Origin: Chloroflexus sp.
Lineage (GTDB): Bacteria > Chloroflexota > Chloroflexia > Chloroflexales > Chloroflexaceae
Direction: 5' to 3'
DNA length: 64,000 bases
Assembly (NCBI GenBank): GCA_017743535.1
Contig: JAGHYT010000002.1
Span: forward strand, 22,736 to 86,735
The notes beneath the pieces are model-generated. The model did no database searches. It saw only the letters and a list, made by a program, of their open reading frames with translations, and was not told the DNA's origin. The position numbers and the translations under genes were made by a program. This document shows positions 9,978 through 20,182 of the stretch, in pieces; the first letter of the stretch is position 1, and each line of letters begins with the position of its first letter.

Positions 9978-10706
9978 TTACACGGTCGTTGTCTGGGCAA
10001 TGGCAATCGCTTCAGGTAATTTCACCGAGCCGACGTAAAGCGCTTTCCCAATGATGGCCCCTTCGACGCCAAGTTGCGCAAGGCGACGCACGTGTTCGAG
10101 GCTGGCGATGCCACCACTGGCGATAATTGCCGGGCCAGTGGGAGAGATCAGCTCGGCCAGGGCGGTGAAATTTGGCCCACTGAGTGCACCATCGCGGCTG
10201 ATGTCAGTATAAATGATCCGGCGAGCTCCAAGGTTAGTCATCTGTTCGGCCAGGGCGGTCGCCTTCACCGTTGACGTAACCGTCCAACCATCGGTCGCAA
10301 CTAGGCCGTTGCGGGCATCAATCCCGATCACGATCTGTTCTCCGAAGCGGTTGAGCAAACGGGCAACCAGTTCAGTCTCGACAATGGCCGCAGTGCCGAT
10401 GATGACTCGTTCGACACCCAACGCGAGCGCCGCTTCAACATCTGATTCACGGCGCAAGCCGCCCCCAAGCTGTACTGGAATCTGCACGGCCTGGGTAATG
10501 GCGAGGATGATGTCTACGTTCTGGGGGCGACCGGTGCGGGCGCCGTCGAGATCGACCAGATGTAACCGACCGGCACCTTGCGCTTCCCAATGACGGGCCA
10601 CTGCAACCGGATCGTCGGCATAAATAGTCATCTGCTCGAAATCACCCTGATACAATCTGACACAGCGACCATCTTTAATATCAATAGCAGGAATAATCTC
10701 CATCAT
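9978..10706 (-). CDS. hisA: ProFAR isomerase
   Basis: [33 protein letters not shown] and TDISRDG motifs. Confidence 0.97.
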   Translation of the reverse strand: MMEIIPAIDIKDGRCVRLYQGDFEQMTIYADDPVAVARHWEAQGAGRLHLVDLDGARTGRPQNVDIILAITQAVQIPVQLGGGLRRESDVEAALALGVERVIIGTAAIVETELVARLLNRFGEQIVIGIDARNGLVATDGWTVTSTVKATALAEQMTNLGARRIIYTDISRDGALSGPNFTALAELISPTGPAIIASGGIASLEHVRRLAQLGVEGAIIGKALYVGSVKLPEAIAIAQTTTV

Positions 10707-11344
10707 GATGCTCCAACTGAATCAGAAGCTCCGCTCCAGCGCACAAAATTGGCTAGCAGGCGTAAGCCATAATCGCCACTTTTTTCTGGATGGAACTGAA
10801 CGGCTGCCAACCGATTGCGAATAATGACACTGGGGAAAGCGAGGCCATAATCGGTGCGTGCAGCAACCACCGACTCGTCGGCAACGGCACAGTAGTACGA
10901 ATGCACAAAGTAGACATCAGCGCCGTTGGGAATACCATCGAAGAGAGGGTGGTCACGAAAAGGCGGTGTGATATGAATTTGATTCCAACCGATCTGGGGA
11001 ATCTTGCCAGCGCTTTCGGGAAGACGGCGCACGGTACCCTGAATGATGTTAAGACAGGAATGGGGACCAAACTCCTCACTTTCACTCAGTAAGACTTGCA
11101 TACCGACACAGATGCCCAAAAATGGCGTTCCAGCAGTGATAATAGTCGGTAGCACCTCGGCAATGCCCAGGTGACGCAGGCTTGCCATCGTATCGGCGGT
11201 CGCACCAACACCAGGTAAGACAACGGCTTGCGCCGAGCGAATAACATTTGGATCATCGGTCACTACAAGCGGAGCACCGACACGTTGTAATGCGCGCACA
11301 ACGTTTGGCAGGTTGCCGGCGCCGTAATTAATCACTGCAATCAT
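10703..11344 (-). CDS. hisH: Imidazole glycerol phosphate synthase glutamine amidotransferase subunit
   Basis: YGAGNL, LPGVG, GICVGMQ, YFVHSY and QFHPEKS motifs. Confidence 0.97.
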   Translation of the reverse strand: MIAVINYGAGNLPNVVRALQRVGAPLVVTDDPNVIRSAQAVVLPGVGATADTMASLRHLGIAEVLPTIITAGTPFLGICVGMQVLLSESEEFGPHSCLNIIQGTVRRLPESAGKIPQIGWNQIHITPPFRDHPLFDGIPNGADVYFVHSYYCAVADESVVAARTDYGLAFPSVIIRNRLAAVQFHPEKSGDYGLRLLANFVRWSGASDSVGAS

Positions 11345-12399
11345 GACACTCCTTGATACCCGGCATGCATTAACAACGGATGCTGATTTTGTAACGTCGT
11401 AATGATGTGATCAATGTTAGGTTCGGGGAAATCTCCGCCACCCATGGGGTCATGGCCGGGTGCCTTGCCAAGCAGCAGCCGTAAGGTTGCAACAACGCTG
11501 GCAGCCAGGGCAGAGAGACTATATCCGCCTTCAAGGACAAATCCAATCCGACCCTGACACAACTCGTTGGCCCAGTCGAGCAGATGCTGTACGATCTGGG
11601 CAAAGCCTTCGACCGAAAGAGCCATCGGCCCGATGGGATCACTCCAGTGAGCATCAAACCCGGCTGATACCAGGATAATTTCCGGTTGGAACCGGCGGAG
11701 AGCTGGCCCAATGATCTGCCGGAAGACGCGATCATATCCACTATCGCCTGTGCCATAAGGGAGAGGTACATTGAGCGTCGTGCCAGCCGCTGTTCGCGGA
11801 TCACCCATTTCGTAGATGGCACCAGTACCGGGGTAGAGAGGTGTGGCATGCGTTGAACAGAAGAATACTCGTCCATCGGGGTAAAAGATGTCCTGCGTAC
11901 CGTTGCCGTGATGCACATCAAAATCGATGATCGCGATCCGTTGAAGCTGGTAGCGGTCTAACAGAAACCTGGCCGCAACCGCGATGTTATTGAAAAGACA
12001 GAAGCCCATTGAGCGAAAATCAGTTGCGTGATGTCCCGGTGGTCGCACCAAGGCGAAGGCATTGTGACAACGTCCTTCTACCAGGGCTTCAGCCATACAA
12101 ATCGTTGCTCCCGCTGCCAGCAGAGCCACATCCCACGAGTCAGCCGTAACGTAGGTGTCGCTGTCAATCTGACCACCGCCATAACTGGCGAGTTGCCGGA
12201 CACGATGCAGCATCTGCGCGTTGTGTACCGCCAGCAACTCAGTCTCTGTAGCCGGCCGGATTGGCAATTGAACGAGATGGGGTAACAAACCGTCAGCCTC
12301 GATTGCCCGTCGAATAGCGTGTAGTCGTGCAGCCTGTTCGACGTGACCGTGCCATGTATGAAGATCAAATCGCTGATCGGTTAAAATAGCTGTGGTCAT
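11341..12399 (-). CDS. Histone deacetylase family protein (AcuC-like)
   Basis: [32 protein letters not shown] and LEGGY motifs. Confidence 0.93.
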   Translation of the reverse strand: MTTAILTDQRFDLHTWHGHVEQAARLHAIRRAIEADGLLPHLVQLPIRPATETELLAVHNAQMLHRVRQLASYGGGQIDSDTYVTADSWDVALLAAGATICMAEALVEGRCHNAFALVRPPGHHATDFRSMGFCLFNNIAVAARFLLDRYQLQRIAIIDFDVHHGNGTQDIFYPDGRVFFCSTHATPLYPGTGAIYEMGDPRTAAGTTLNVPLPYGTGDSGYDRVFRQIIGPALRRFQPEIILVSAGFDAHWSDPIGPMALSVEGFAQIVQHLLDWANELCQGRIGFVLEGGYSLSALAASVVATLRLLLGKAPGHDPMGGGDFPEPNIDHIITTLQNQHPLLMHAGYQGVS

Positions 12400-12507
12400 A
12401 ACCTCTTCTGCGTCGTGATAACAAGCTGTGTGATCCGCTCACCGCCGTAATTTTTTTCCATTGTACCACGAGGGCTATCACCATCGGTTCAACAAACGTA
12501 TCACAAA

Positions 12508-12516
12508 TGGTATAAT
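12508..12516 (+). promoter_or_regulatory. Extended -10 promoter candidate for polA
   Basis: TGG-TATAAT 33 bp upstream of the polA ATG. Confidence 0.5.
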
Positions 12517-12549
12517 CCACTCGCAAATCTGTGCGAATGGAGACAGTCT

Positions 12550-15381
12550 ATGTCGCGTCCGCTTTTGATTTTGGTTGACGGTCATGCCCTGGCGTATCGG
12601 GCATTTTTCGCCCTGCGTGAGAGCGGCTTGCGTTCGTCACGTGGCGAGCCAACCTATGCCGTCTTCGGTTTTGCCCAGATTCTGTTGACGGCGCTGGCTG
12701 ATTATCGACCCGACTATGCTGCAGTTGCTTTTGATGTTGGTCGCACGTTTCGCGATGATCTTTATGCTGAATACAAGGCCGGGCGCGCCGAAACGCCAGA
12801 AGAGTTTTATCCACAGTTTGAGCGGATGAAACAACTGGTACAGGCGCTCAACATCCCGATCTACACTGCCGAGGGGTATGAGGCTGACGATGTGATCGGG
12901 ACGCTGGCTCGTCAGGCTTCTGCTCAGGGGATCGATACTATTATTCTTACCGGCGATTCCGACGTTTTACAACTGGTTGATGAGCACGTGCGGGTTGCGC
13001 TGGCAAATCCCTATGCTGGTAAGACAAGTGTCACCTTGTACGATGTTGAGCAGGTGCGCAAGCGTTACGATGGACTCGAACCGGCGCAGTTGGCCGATCT
13101 GCGCGGCTTGAAGGGTGATTCCTCTGACAATATCCCGGGTGTGCGTGGGATTGGTGAAAAGGGTGCAATTGCCTTACTCAAGCAGTTTGGTTCGCTCGAT
13201 CATTTGCTCGCGCATATCGATGAGGCCCCGAAGCGGTATCAGGCTCTGTTGCGTGAGCAAGGTGAGGATGCCCGTTTTTCGCGTCAACTGGCGACCATCG
13301 TGACCGATGTTCCTATTCAACTCGACCTGCATTCTTGTCGGTTGGGCACCTACGACCGGGCAGCAGTTATAGCACTCTTTCAGGAGCTAGAGTTTGGCGT
13401 TGCCTCTAACTTGATTAAGAAACTCCCACCGGTCATTCAATTGCCAACACCGGCGCCACTTCCGGCTGAACTTCCTGTCGCGCCACCCACCGATGAACCG
13501 ACGCAACTGGCACTCTTTAACGAGGACGGTGACTCGGCATCCAGTTTGCCAACCGCCGAGCCACCACCGGTGACGATTGTCCGCGATACGAGGGCATTAT
13601 CAGAACTGGTGGCACGATTGCGCGCAGCGCCTGCCTTCGCGTTCGACACCGAATGTACCAGTCTTCAACCAGTTATGAGTGATTTGGTTGGAATCTCGAT
13701 TGCGCTTGCCCCCGCTGATGTCTGGTATGTACCGATTGCTCATCGAGACGGTGAACAGGTGCCGCGCAACGAGGTGATTTCTGCCCTGGCGCCATTTTTT
13801 GCCGATCCGCAAAAACCGAAATTTGCCCACAATGCTAAGTTTGATATGGAGGTGTTGGCCGGAGCCGGGATTCGAGTTGCAGGGCTAACGTTCGATACCA
13901 TGATCGCAGCCGCCATGTTGGGGAAACGGCAAGGCTTAAAAGACCTCGCCTTCTACGAGTTAAAATTGCCTGAGCCGCCGACAACCATCGAGGATGTCAT
14001 CGGTCGGGGGAGCAAGCAGATCAGTTTTGCTGCGGTTCCTATCGAACAGGCTGCGCCGTATGCTGGCGCTGATGCGCTCTACACCCTACATCTGACCGAA
14101 CGATTACGCAGCCAGTTAGAGACTGATACGGCACTGCGCGATCTCTACTATCGGGTAGAGCTGCCGCTGATTGAGGTGCTGACCGAGATGGAGTTGGCCG
14201 GTATCTTGCTCGATCAGACGTATCTGCGCGAGTTGGGTGAACGTTTCGCCCAACGTATCAACGAAGTGGCCGAGCGTATCTACCAGCAGGCTGGCGGTCC
14301 GTTTAACATCAATTCGGGTCAGCGACTTAATGAAGTATTGTTTGAACGCATGGGCATTGATCCCCGTGCGCATGGATTAAGTAAGCTCAAAAGTGGCGGC
14401 TACTCGATCACTGCCGAGGTACTGGAAGAGCTGGCACAGCTCTACCCTATTGCGGCCGATATTCTAACCTATCGCCAGTTAACTAAGCTCAAGAGTACGT
14501 ATATTGATGCGCTTCCCGAACTGGTCAATCCGCGTACCGGGCGCATTCATACTTCGTACAATCAACTTGGTGCTGCCACCGGCCGTTTATCGTCAAATAA
14601 CCCCAATCTGCAAAACATTCCGGTACGCACTGAAGAAGGACGCGAGATTCGGCGCGCTTTTGTAGCTGCACCAGGATACCGTTTTATTGCTGCCGACTAT
14701 TCCCAGATCGAGTTGCGTGTCCTGGCTCATATCAGTGGTGATGAAAATCTGATTGCTGCGTTCAAGCAAGGGCTTGACATTCATGCCGCGACTGCGAGTC
14801 GGCTCTTTGGTGTAGAGCCGACAGCAGTCGATAAGAACCAGCGTCGGGTTGCCAAGACAGTGGTATTCGGCGTGATCTACGGCATCAGTCCTTTTGGCCT
14901 AGCGCAGCGGTTGGGCATCGAGCGCGATTTGGCCCGCCAATTGATCGATAATCTGTTTACTCAGTTCCCTGGTATCCGGCGCTACATCGATCAAACGCTC
15001 GACTTTGGTCGCCAACATGGCTACGTGCAAACCCTCTTTGGTCGCCGTCGCGTTGTGGAAGACCTGCGAGCCAGTGGTGCCCGTCGGGCTGCTGCCGAAC
15101 GAGAAGCGATCAATGCACCGATTCAGGGCACGGCTGCCGATCTGATGAAGATGGCGATGGTCAATGTCCATCGGGCGCTGCGTGAGCGTGGGTTGCGCAC
15201 CCGCCTGCTTCTACAGGTACACGATGAATTGATCGCCGAAGCGCCCGAATCAGAAGTGACAACGGCTGCGCAGCTCTTGCGTGATGTCATGAGTAATGTT
15301 TACAAGCTGGTCGTGCCACTGAACGTGAATCTTGAAACCGGCCCGAATTGGGAAGAGATGAGTCCGGTAGTGGTGGGGTAA
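12550..15381 (+). CDS. polA: DNA polymerase I
   Basis: 5'-3' exonuclease (LVDGHALAYRAF, GDSSDNIPGV), 3'-5' exo-like FDTE, polymerase motifs ADYSQIELR and QVHDEL. Confidence 0.98.
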   Translation: MSRPLLILVDGHALAYRAFFALRESGLRSSRGEPTYAVFGFAQILLTALADYRPDYAAVAFDVGRTFRDDLYAEYKAGRAETPEEFYPQFERMKQLVQALNIPIYTAEGYEADDVIGTLARQASAQGIDTIILTGDSDVLQLVDEHVRVALANPYAGKTSVTLYDVEQVRKRYDGLEPAQLADLRGLKGDSSDNIPGVRGIGEKGAIALLKQFGSLDHLLAHIDEAPKRYQALLREQGEDARFSRQLATIVTDVPIQLDLHSCRLGTYDRAAVIALFQELEFGVASNLIKKLPPVIQLPTPAPLPAELPVAPPTDEPTQLALFNEDGDSASSLPTAEPPPVTIVRDTRALSELVARLRAAPAFAFDTECTSLQPVMSDLVGISIALAPADVWYVPIAHRDGEQVPRNEVISALAPFFADPQKPKFAHNAKFDMEVLAGAGIRVAGLTFDTMIAAAMLGKRQGLKDLAFYELKLPEPPTTIEDVIGRGSKQISFAAVPIEQAAPYAGADALYTLHLTERLRSQLETDTALRDLYYRVELPLIEVLTEMELAGILLDQTYLRELGERFAQRINEVAERIYQQAGGPFNINSGQRLNEVLFERMGIDPRAHGLSKLKSGGYSITAEVLEELAQLYPIAADILTYRQLTKLKSTYIDALPELVNPRTGRIHTSYNQLGAATGRLSSNNPNLQNIPVRTEEGREIRRAFVAAPGYRFIAADYSQIELRVLAHISGDENLIAAFKQGLDIHAATASRLFGVEPTAVDKNQRRVAKTVVFGVIYGISPFGLAQRLGIERDLARQLIDNLFTQFPGIRRYIDQTLDFGRQHGYVQTLFGRRRVVEDLRASGARRAAAEREAINAPIQGTAADLMKMAMVNVHRALRERGLRTRLLLQVHDELIAEAPESEVTTAAQLLRDVMSNVYKLVVPLNVNLETGPNWEEMSPVVVG

Positions 15382-15470
15382 GACCTGGCGGAGATGGAGT
15401 TAGAGCCTGTCCGACCCTCACGCAATCTGCGACCAGGTTTAGGTAACGATGGGCATTATGCGGGCCATTT

Positions 15471-15556
15471 GTAGAGGCACGGCAGCGCCGTGCCCCAGGT
15501 GGTGCCAGGGCGGTGGTATGGACGTTTTGGTGGGGGGAAACTTGTTTCGCCCCTAC
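15471..15556. repeat. Inverted pair of GTAG-type REP palindromes (REPIN/BIME-like)
   Basis: GTAGAGGCACGGCAGCGCCGTGCCCC at 15471-15496, and the reverse complement of GTAGGGGCGAAACAAGTTTCCCCCC at 15532-15556. Confidence 0.75.
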
Positions 15557-15719
15557 CTACCGTTCATGCCATTAATCCCGTCAATACCGTCGATACGGTC
15601 AACGCATACGATTGTTGTAAACTGACGGCGTCGATACAATCGCTATCGGTGGTGCCGTCCACCGTCCGCGATGGACGCTCGCCATCATCCGGTTATCAAG
15701 AACTGGTACAGAATTGGAC

Positions 15720-16673
15720 CTATCGAGATTGAAGCATTTCAAGGAACGAATGCTGACTGACATCAGCATCGATTTCTAGCGATGCCAGCCGTGGAACCGC
15801 CTGGGTTGCCATCTCAACATAGGTGCGATGTCGTTCAACCCCAATACACGTCAGTCCCAACGATTCTGCTGCGGCGACCGTTGAGCCAGCACCCATAAAG
15901 GTATCAACAATGATCCCTTGACCAAGTGGCAGGACTGCGCGAACGAGCTGACGCATGAACGACTGTGGTTTGAGGCTCGGATGGTTAGCGATAGCCCGCT
16001 CGTTCTGTGGTGTTCGTTCACTGATGATCACGTCATTAAACGGTTGTTCTGTGCTGATACGGCGTAAGCCACCGGTACCATACGTGCGCAAGCAACCGCT
16101 GACCGTCATCCCCGGCGGAAGTGGGTTCCGGAAGATGCCCCATGGTTCGTAACAACTGCGTGGCAGCGAACAAACCTCTGGAAATTCGGCTTCAGCATGC
16201 TTGGGACGGTCGCCACCGCGAAATGTTCGCACGAGCCTGATAATAGCACCGCGGAATTCCAATCCTCCAGCTACCAGCGCCGAGAACACAAGCTGCGATA
16301 ATGAGGCGTTACTGGCGATAAAGATATGCCCCCCTGGCACGAGTGCGCGAGCTGCCAGCCTTCCCCATTCTTGAAAAAACGCAGATAGTCGCTCGCGTTC
16401 TTTAGGTGTGAGCGCCGTAAAGCGAGGCAGTGGTGCACGATGATGCCCATCGAATGATGGCGGTATTCGCCAGATACCGCCATTCCCATTGGCGCGTTTT
16501 TCAAGCTGTTCGAGGTCGAACTCTTTTACACCATAGGGTGGATCCGTTACAATTGCATGAACGCTTGCAGGCGGTATCCGGCGTAGCCATTCAAAACCAT
16601 CTGCCTGAATAACAACAGATGTGCTAAATGCATGAAATGGGTAATCAAAAGTAAACGGTTCCAGAGATTGCAT
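15720..16673 (-). CDS. Orphan amino-DNA methyltransferase (N6A/N4C, beta class)
   Basis: Catalytic TDPPY near the N-terminus, HPSLKP, and SAM-binding DTFMGAGST near the C-terminus (beta order). Start set at the ATG at 16673, one base after the upstream stop. Confidence 0.9.
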   Translation of the reverse strand: MQSLEPFTFDYPFHAFSTSVVIQADGFEWLRRIPPASVHAIVTDPPYGVKEFDLEQLEKRANGNGGIWRIPPSFDGHHRAPLPRFTALTPKERERLSAFFQEWGRLAARALVPGGHIFIASNASLSQLVFSALVAGGLEFRGAIIRLVRTFRGGDRPKHAEAEFPEVCSLPRSCYEPWGIFRNPLPPGMTVSGCLRTYGTGGLRRISTEQPFNDVIISERTPQNERAIANHPSLKPQSFMRQLVRAVLPLGQGIIVDTFMGAGSTVAAAESLGLTCIGVERHRTYVEMATQAVPRLASLEIDADVSQHSFLEMLQSR

Positions 16674-16674
16674 G

Positions 16675-16926
16675 TTATGCTGTGCCCCCTTCGATAGATG
16701 TACCAAGCTCGTAGACAGGGCTAAGTTCGTGGATCAGTTTTTCTAGTCGGCTTCGTTCTGTCGCATCTGCTGCCAGCAGACTCTTAAAATCAGCAATGCT
16801 TAGGATAATGGCCTGAGCAGTTTGTCGTCGGTAAACAACGTATCTTGTGTTCCGTTGAACAACGTCATCAAGGACGCGACCAAAGTTGTTTTGATCCTCT
16901 GTTGAGGCAATACGCTTTATGTTCAT
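16675..16926 (-). CDS. Phd/YefM family antitoxin-like protein
   Basis: N-terminus KRIASTEDQNNFGRVLDDV..R..YVVYRR..AQAIILS matches the Phd/YefM DNA-binding fold pattern. Confidence 0.75.
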   Translation of the reverse strand: MNIKRIASTEDQNNFGRVLDDVVQRNTRYVVYRRQTAQAIILSIADFKSLLAADATERSRLEKLIHELSPVYELGTSIEGGTA

Positions 16927-16944
16927 ATATGAAGAGTTGTGGTT

Positions 16945-16992
16945 ATATTAGCTAATATGGCTAATGATACAGATACACTTATCCGCTGACAA
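16945..16992 (-). promoter_or_regulatory. Sigma70-type promoter plus palindromic operator of the Phd-MTase operon
   Basis: Minus strand TTGTCA (16992-16987), 17 bp, TATCAT (16969-16964). Perfect 14-bp palindrome ATATTAGCTAATAT at 16945-16958. Confidence 0.65.
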
Positions 16993-17187
16993 CCTGGTAC
17001 CATGTACGCGCATTTGACCCCAGATACCCTCAAGGCACACTACACTCACGGTAAGCGTTCTGTACAGTAATGATCGTAGGCCAGCGTACAATTTTCGTAT
17101 TGTCAGGATGACCACGGACGTCGCCAGTTTTGTTATGATCAACACAATACGATGAATGACCATCACCATTGATGGTGTGGAGGCAGT

Positions 17188-18207
17188 ATGGATACCCAAC
17201 TACCAACCTTTTCCGTCGTTGCGCCGGTGTATAACGAAGAACAACTGATTGCCGAGTTTTGCCGTCGGGTGATCGCGGCGCTTGAACCACTCGGGGAGCC
17301 GTTTGAGTTGATCCTGGTAAATGATGGCTGTCGCGATCGTTCACCAGACATTATGCGTGAATTACATCAACGTGATCCGCGGATCAAAGTGATCAATTTT
17401 TCACGCAATTTTGGTCATCAGATCGCGATTACTGCCGGTACTGATTTTGCTAGCGGTCGGGCCGTCATTGTGATCGACTCCGACTTGCAAGACCCGCCCG
17501 AAGTCATTCCTGATCTGATAGCCCGTTGGCGAGAGGGGTATCAGGTCGTCTATGGCGTGCGCGAAGAACGTCAGGGTGAGACCTGGTTTAAGAAGACGAC
17601 CGCAGCGATCTTCTACCGACTGATTGTGCGGATCACGAATGTCAATATCCCGGTTGATACCGGTGATTTTCGCCTGATGGATCGTAAGGTGGTCGATGCG
17701 CTGAAACGCATGCGTGAGCATCATCGTTTTATGCGTGGTCTGTCGGCATGGGTTGGTTTTCGGCAAACAGGTGTGCTCTACCGTCGCCATGCCCGTGCTG
17801 CCGGCACAACCAAATATCCGCTGCGAAAGATGCTGCGCTTCGCGCTTGACGGTATTACCAGCTTTTCGTATTTACCGCTCCAACTGGCAACCTATGTTGG
17901 GTTCATTGTGGCTGCAATTAGCATCATCTTTTTGTTTGTGGTGTTCGTGATGCGGCTTTCTAATCCGGCAGCGACTGAACCGGCATTTTACGGTCAGGCC
18001 AGTACCCTGGCCAGTGTGCTCTTCCTTGGTGCTGTGCAGCTCATTTCACTCGGTATTATCGGTGAGTATGTTGGACGCATTTATGACGAAGTGAAGGGTC
18101 GGCCTCTGTACATTGTGGCCGAGACGTTAGGTATTGCTGAAACACCTGCAACATCGGCGGATGATGTTCGTACTACTCATAAGGAACAATCACCGGTAAT
18201 CAAGTAG
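17188..18207 (+). CDS. GT2 polyprenol-phosphate glycosyltransferase (GtrB-like)
   Basis: [36 protein letters not shown]; two C-terminal TM segments. Confidence 0.92.
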   Translation: MDTQLPTFSVVAPVYNEEQLIAEFCRRVIAALEPLGEPFELILVNDGCRDRSPDIMRELHQRDPRIKVINFSRNFGHQIAITAGTDFASGRAVIVIDSDLQDPPEVIPDLIARWREGYQVVYGVREERQGETWFKKTTAAIFYRLIVRITNVNIPVDTGDFRLMDRKVVDALKRMREHHRFMRGLSAWVGFRQTGVLYRRHARAAGTTKYPLRKMLRFALDGITSFSYLPLQLATYVGFIVAAISIIFLFVVFVMRLSNPAATEPAFYGQASTLASVLFLGAVQLISLGIIGEYVGRIYDEVKGRPLYIVAETLGIAETPATSADDVRTTHKEQSPVIK

Positions 18208-18228
18208 GAGGAAGTTACGAGTCAACGT

Positions 18229-19215
18229 ATGCCAAGAGGAGGAGCTATGAATTCGCGTTTGACATTTGTGAGTGGGTTCATTTTGTTGCTGATCATTGTC
18301 GGCGTCGGTCTGAGCACAATGAAGTACGTACAGGTCGACGAAGGCCAGGCTGCGATTGAATTGGTGCAGGGTCGGATTGTCGCTGTCCATGGGCCAGGAC
18401 CGATCTTCCGTCCGTTTGCGCCTTTCACCGAGATACAGCTCGTAAATATTCGTCGGCAAACCCGTCAGATTTCACAGAATGTCGCCAGTAGTGATAAGCA
18501 GTTGTACGACATTGACATTCAGGTTGATTTTCGGCGTTTACCTAACGAAGCTGCACTCAGAGCGGCGTATGCTGAAATTGGTGTCAGTGACCAGCAGTTG
18601 AACGAATTCCTCGATGGGTTCATTAACGATGCACTCAAGAGTGCCAGTACCCAGTTTACTCTCGATGAAGCACTCTCTGACCGGGGTGCATTTGCCGAAC
18701 GGATCCGCCGCTTTCTCACCACTTCTCCCGGTGATGGGCAGCGGGCGCCGGTCGATCAGCTTTACATCACGATTGAAGCAGTGAAGGTACTCGATATTAA
18801 GGTTGGTGAGACGTATGCGCAGTTGCTGGCCGAAAAGGCCAATCTCGAAGTACAGATTGAGACTGAACAGAAGCGACGGCAGCAAATTGAGGCCCAGCAA
18901 GCGAATAATCTGTTCCAGGCCGAGCAAGAAGCGCTAGTCGCGCTCACACGCGAGCGGGGTATCACAGCGGCTGCGCTTGAGGCAGCTAACCGCGAAGCTC
19001 AGATACGGGCGATTGAGGGTCGCTACTGGCGCGAAAATCCCGAGCTGTTTGAGCTGCGCAAACGTGAATTACTTGTCCAGATGATGAGCAAGGGGAATAT
19101 CTGGTTTGTCGATCCCAATACCAATCTGACCATTCTGCTTAATAATCAGGCTGCTGATGGTCAGGCATTGATGATCCCACAGCCAGCACAGCCTGCACCG
19201 TCGGTTACGCCATAG
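18229..19215 (+). CDS. SPFH/Band 7 (prohibitin-like) membrane protein
   Basis: N-terminal TM, SPFH-like core and C-terminal coiled coil. Start may be 18247. Confidence 0.75.
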   Translation: MPRGGAMNSRLTFVSGFILLLIIVGVGLSTMKYVQVDEGQAAIELVQGRIVAVHGPGPIFRPFAPFTEIQLVNIRRQTRQISQNVASSDKQLYDIDIQVDFRRLPNEAALRAAYAEIGVSDQQLNEFLDGFINDALKSASTQFTLDEALSDRGAFAERIRRFLTTSPGDGQRAPVDQLYITIEAVKVLDIKVGETYAQLLAEKANLEVQIETEQKRRQQIEAQQANNLFQAEQEALVALTRERGITAAALEAANREAQIRAIEGRYWRENPELFELRKRELLVQMMSKGNIWFVDPNTNLTILLNNQAADGQALMIPQPAQPAPSVTP

Positions 19216-19319
19216 GGTTTGACGCAAGTACAACAAACAGGTTTGTTCATGGTCGAGGAGGTCACGCAAATGGTCAGACCTCCTCGTATGCTGTTTTGCA
19301 GCTCTTGGTTAGAGTATCC

Positions 19320-19754
19320 TTACCGTTTGAGCAATGATGCGACTGTCGTGAAGAAAATGAGACCACCGATCAAGATGAGTAGTCCGCCAGCGAAACCAAA
19401 CAGTGCTGTTGGCAACCAGATTTCCCAGGAAATAACCATTGCTACCTGTGGAAGCTGTGGATTATACCTGACATCTACCTGATCTCCTATCTGGTATGCT
19501 GGGGGGTTGCCTCCCTGTTCGTTCTCGAATCGGATGATCTCGCCAGCAGCAGTCTGAAATTCTACAATGGGATAGTAGAAGGTTTTGTCGCCGCTGTTGG
19601 TGTTGATAATGCGAGGGTTCATGTCAACCACTGTGCCTCTAGTCGGGGTCGTCATTTTCAGGGTTTGAGTGATATTGGCATACGCCTGCCATCCTAATGC
19701 TGACAGGAACATGCCGAGGGCGAGCAAGAACAATCCAGCCAGAAAAGGTTTCAT
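19320..19754 (-). CDS. DUF3592-like membrane protein
   Basis: TM - beta-rich YYPIVEFQT..G / GDQVDVRYNP - TM architecture. Start trimmed to MKPFLAG. Confidence 0.7.
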   Translation of the reverse strand: MKPFLAGLFLLALGMFLSALGWQAYANITQTLKMTTPTRGTVVDMNPRIINTNSGDKTFYYPIVEFQTAAGEIIRFENEQGGNPPAYQIGDQVDVRYNPQLPQVAMVISWEIWLPTALFGFAGGLLILIGGLIFFTTVASLLKR

Positions 19755-20139
19755 TATGCACTCCGTATTCGCGATATTTTGTTGATCAAGAGACAAGGAA
19801 TTGTCAGAACAGATCATTGCTTGCTTCTGTAAGGATACCTGATCACTCCTTTTCCTGGTTGCGATGATCAAGAGTCACTTCAAATACGGATAAGACGATA
19901 TTTCCCTCGACCTAATCTGTCATTGTCGGCATAGGCAACTGATCCAGTCGCCTTGCTATCACAGTAGAGCATTGTCGCCATACCGATACGGGTTCGTACT
20001 CACGGTAATTTCGTCATTCCATCCGTGGGCGATCTGGTTCTCTACGCGAGCGTAATCCTGGGAGGATTGCAGTAACGTTTATGCGTCGTCGAAACGAGCG
20101 GAGGCCACTCCTGGTTTTGGGCTATATCTGCACCTCGCG

Positions 20140-20165
20140 GCGGGGAGGTTTGAAACCCTCCCCGC
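20140..20165. repeat. REP-like palindrome
   Basis: GCGGGGAGGTTTGAAACCCTCCCCGC between convergent gene ends region. Confidence 0.65.
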
Positions 20166-20182
20166 ACTTTTACTCCCCTATA

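Noticed and set aside
15490-15732. ORF as a RAYT transposase or restriction endonuclease remnant
   Set aside because: No HUH/Tyr or PD-(D/E)xK motif was seen in the frames checked. The ORF is built from REP and 9-bp repeat sequence.
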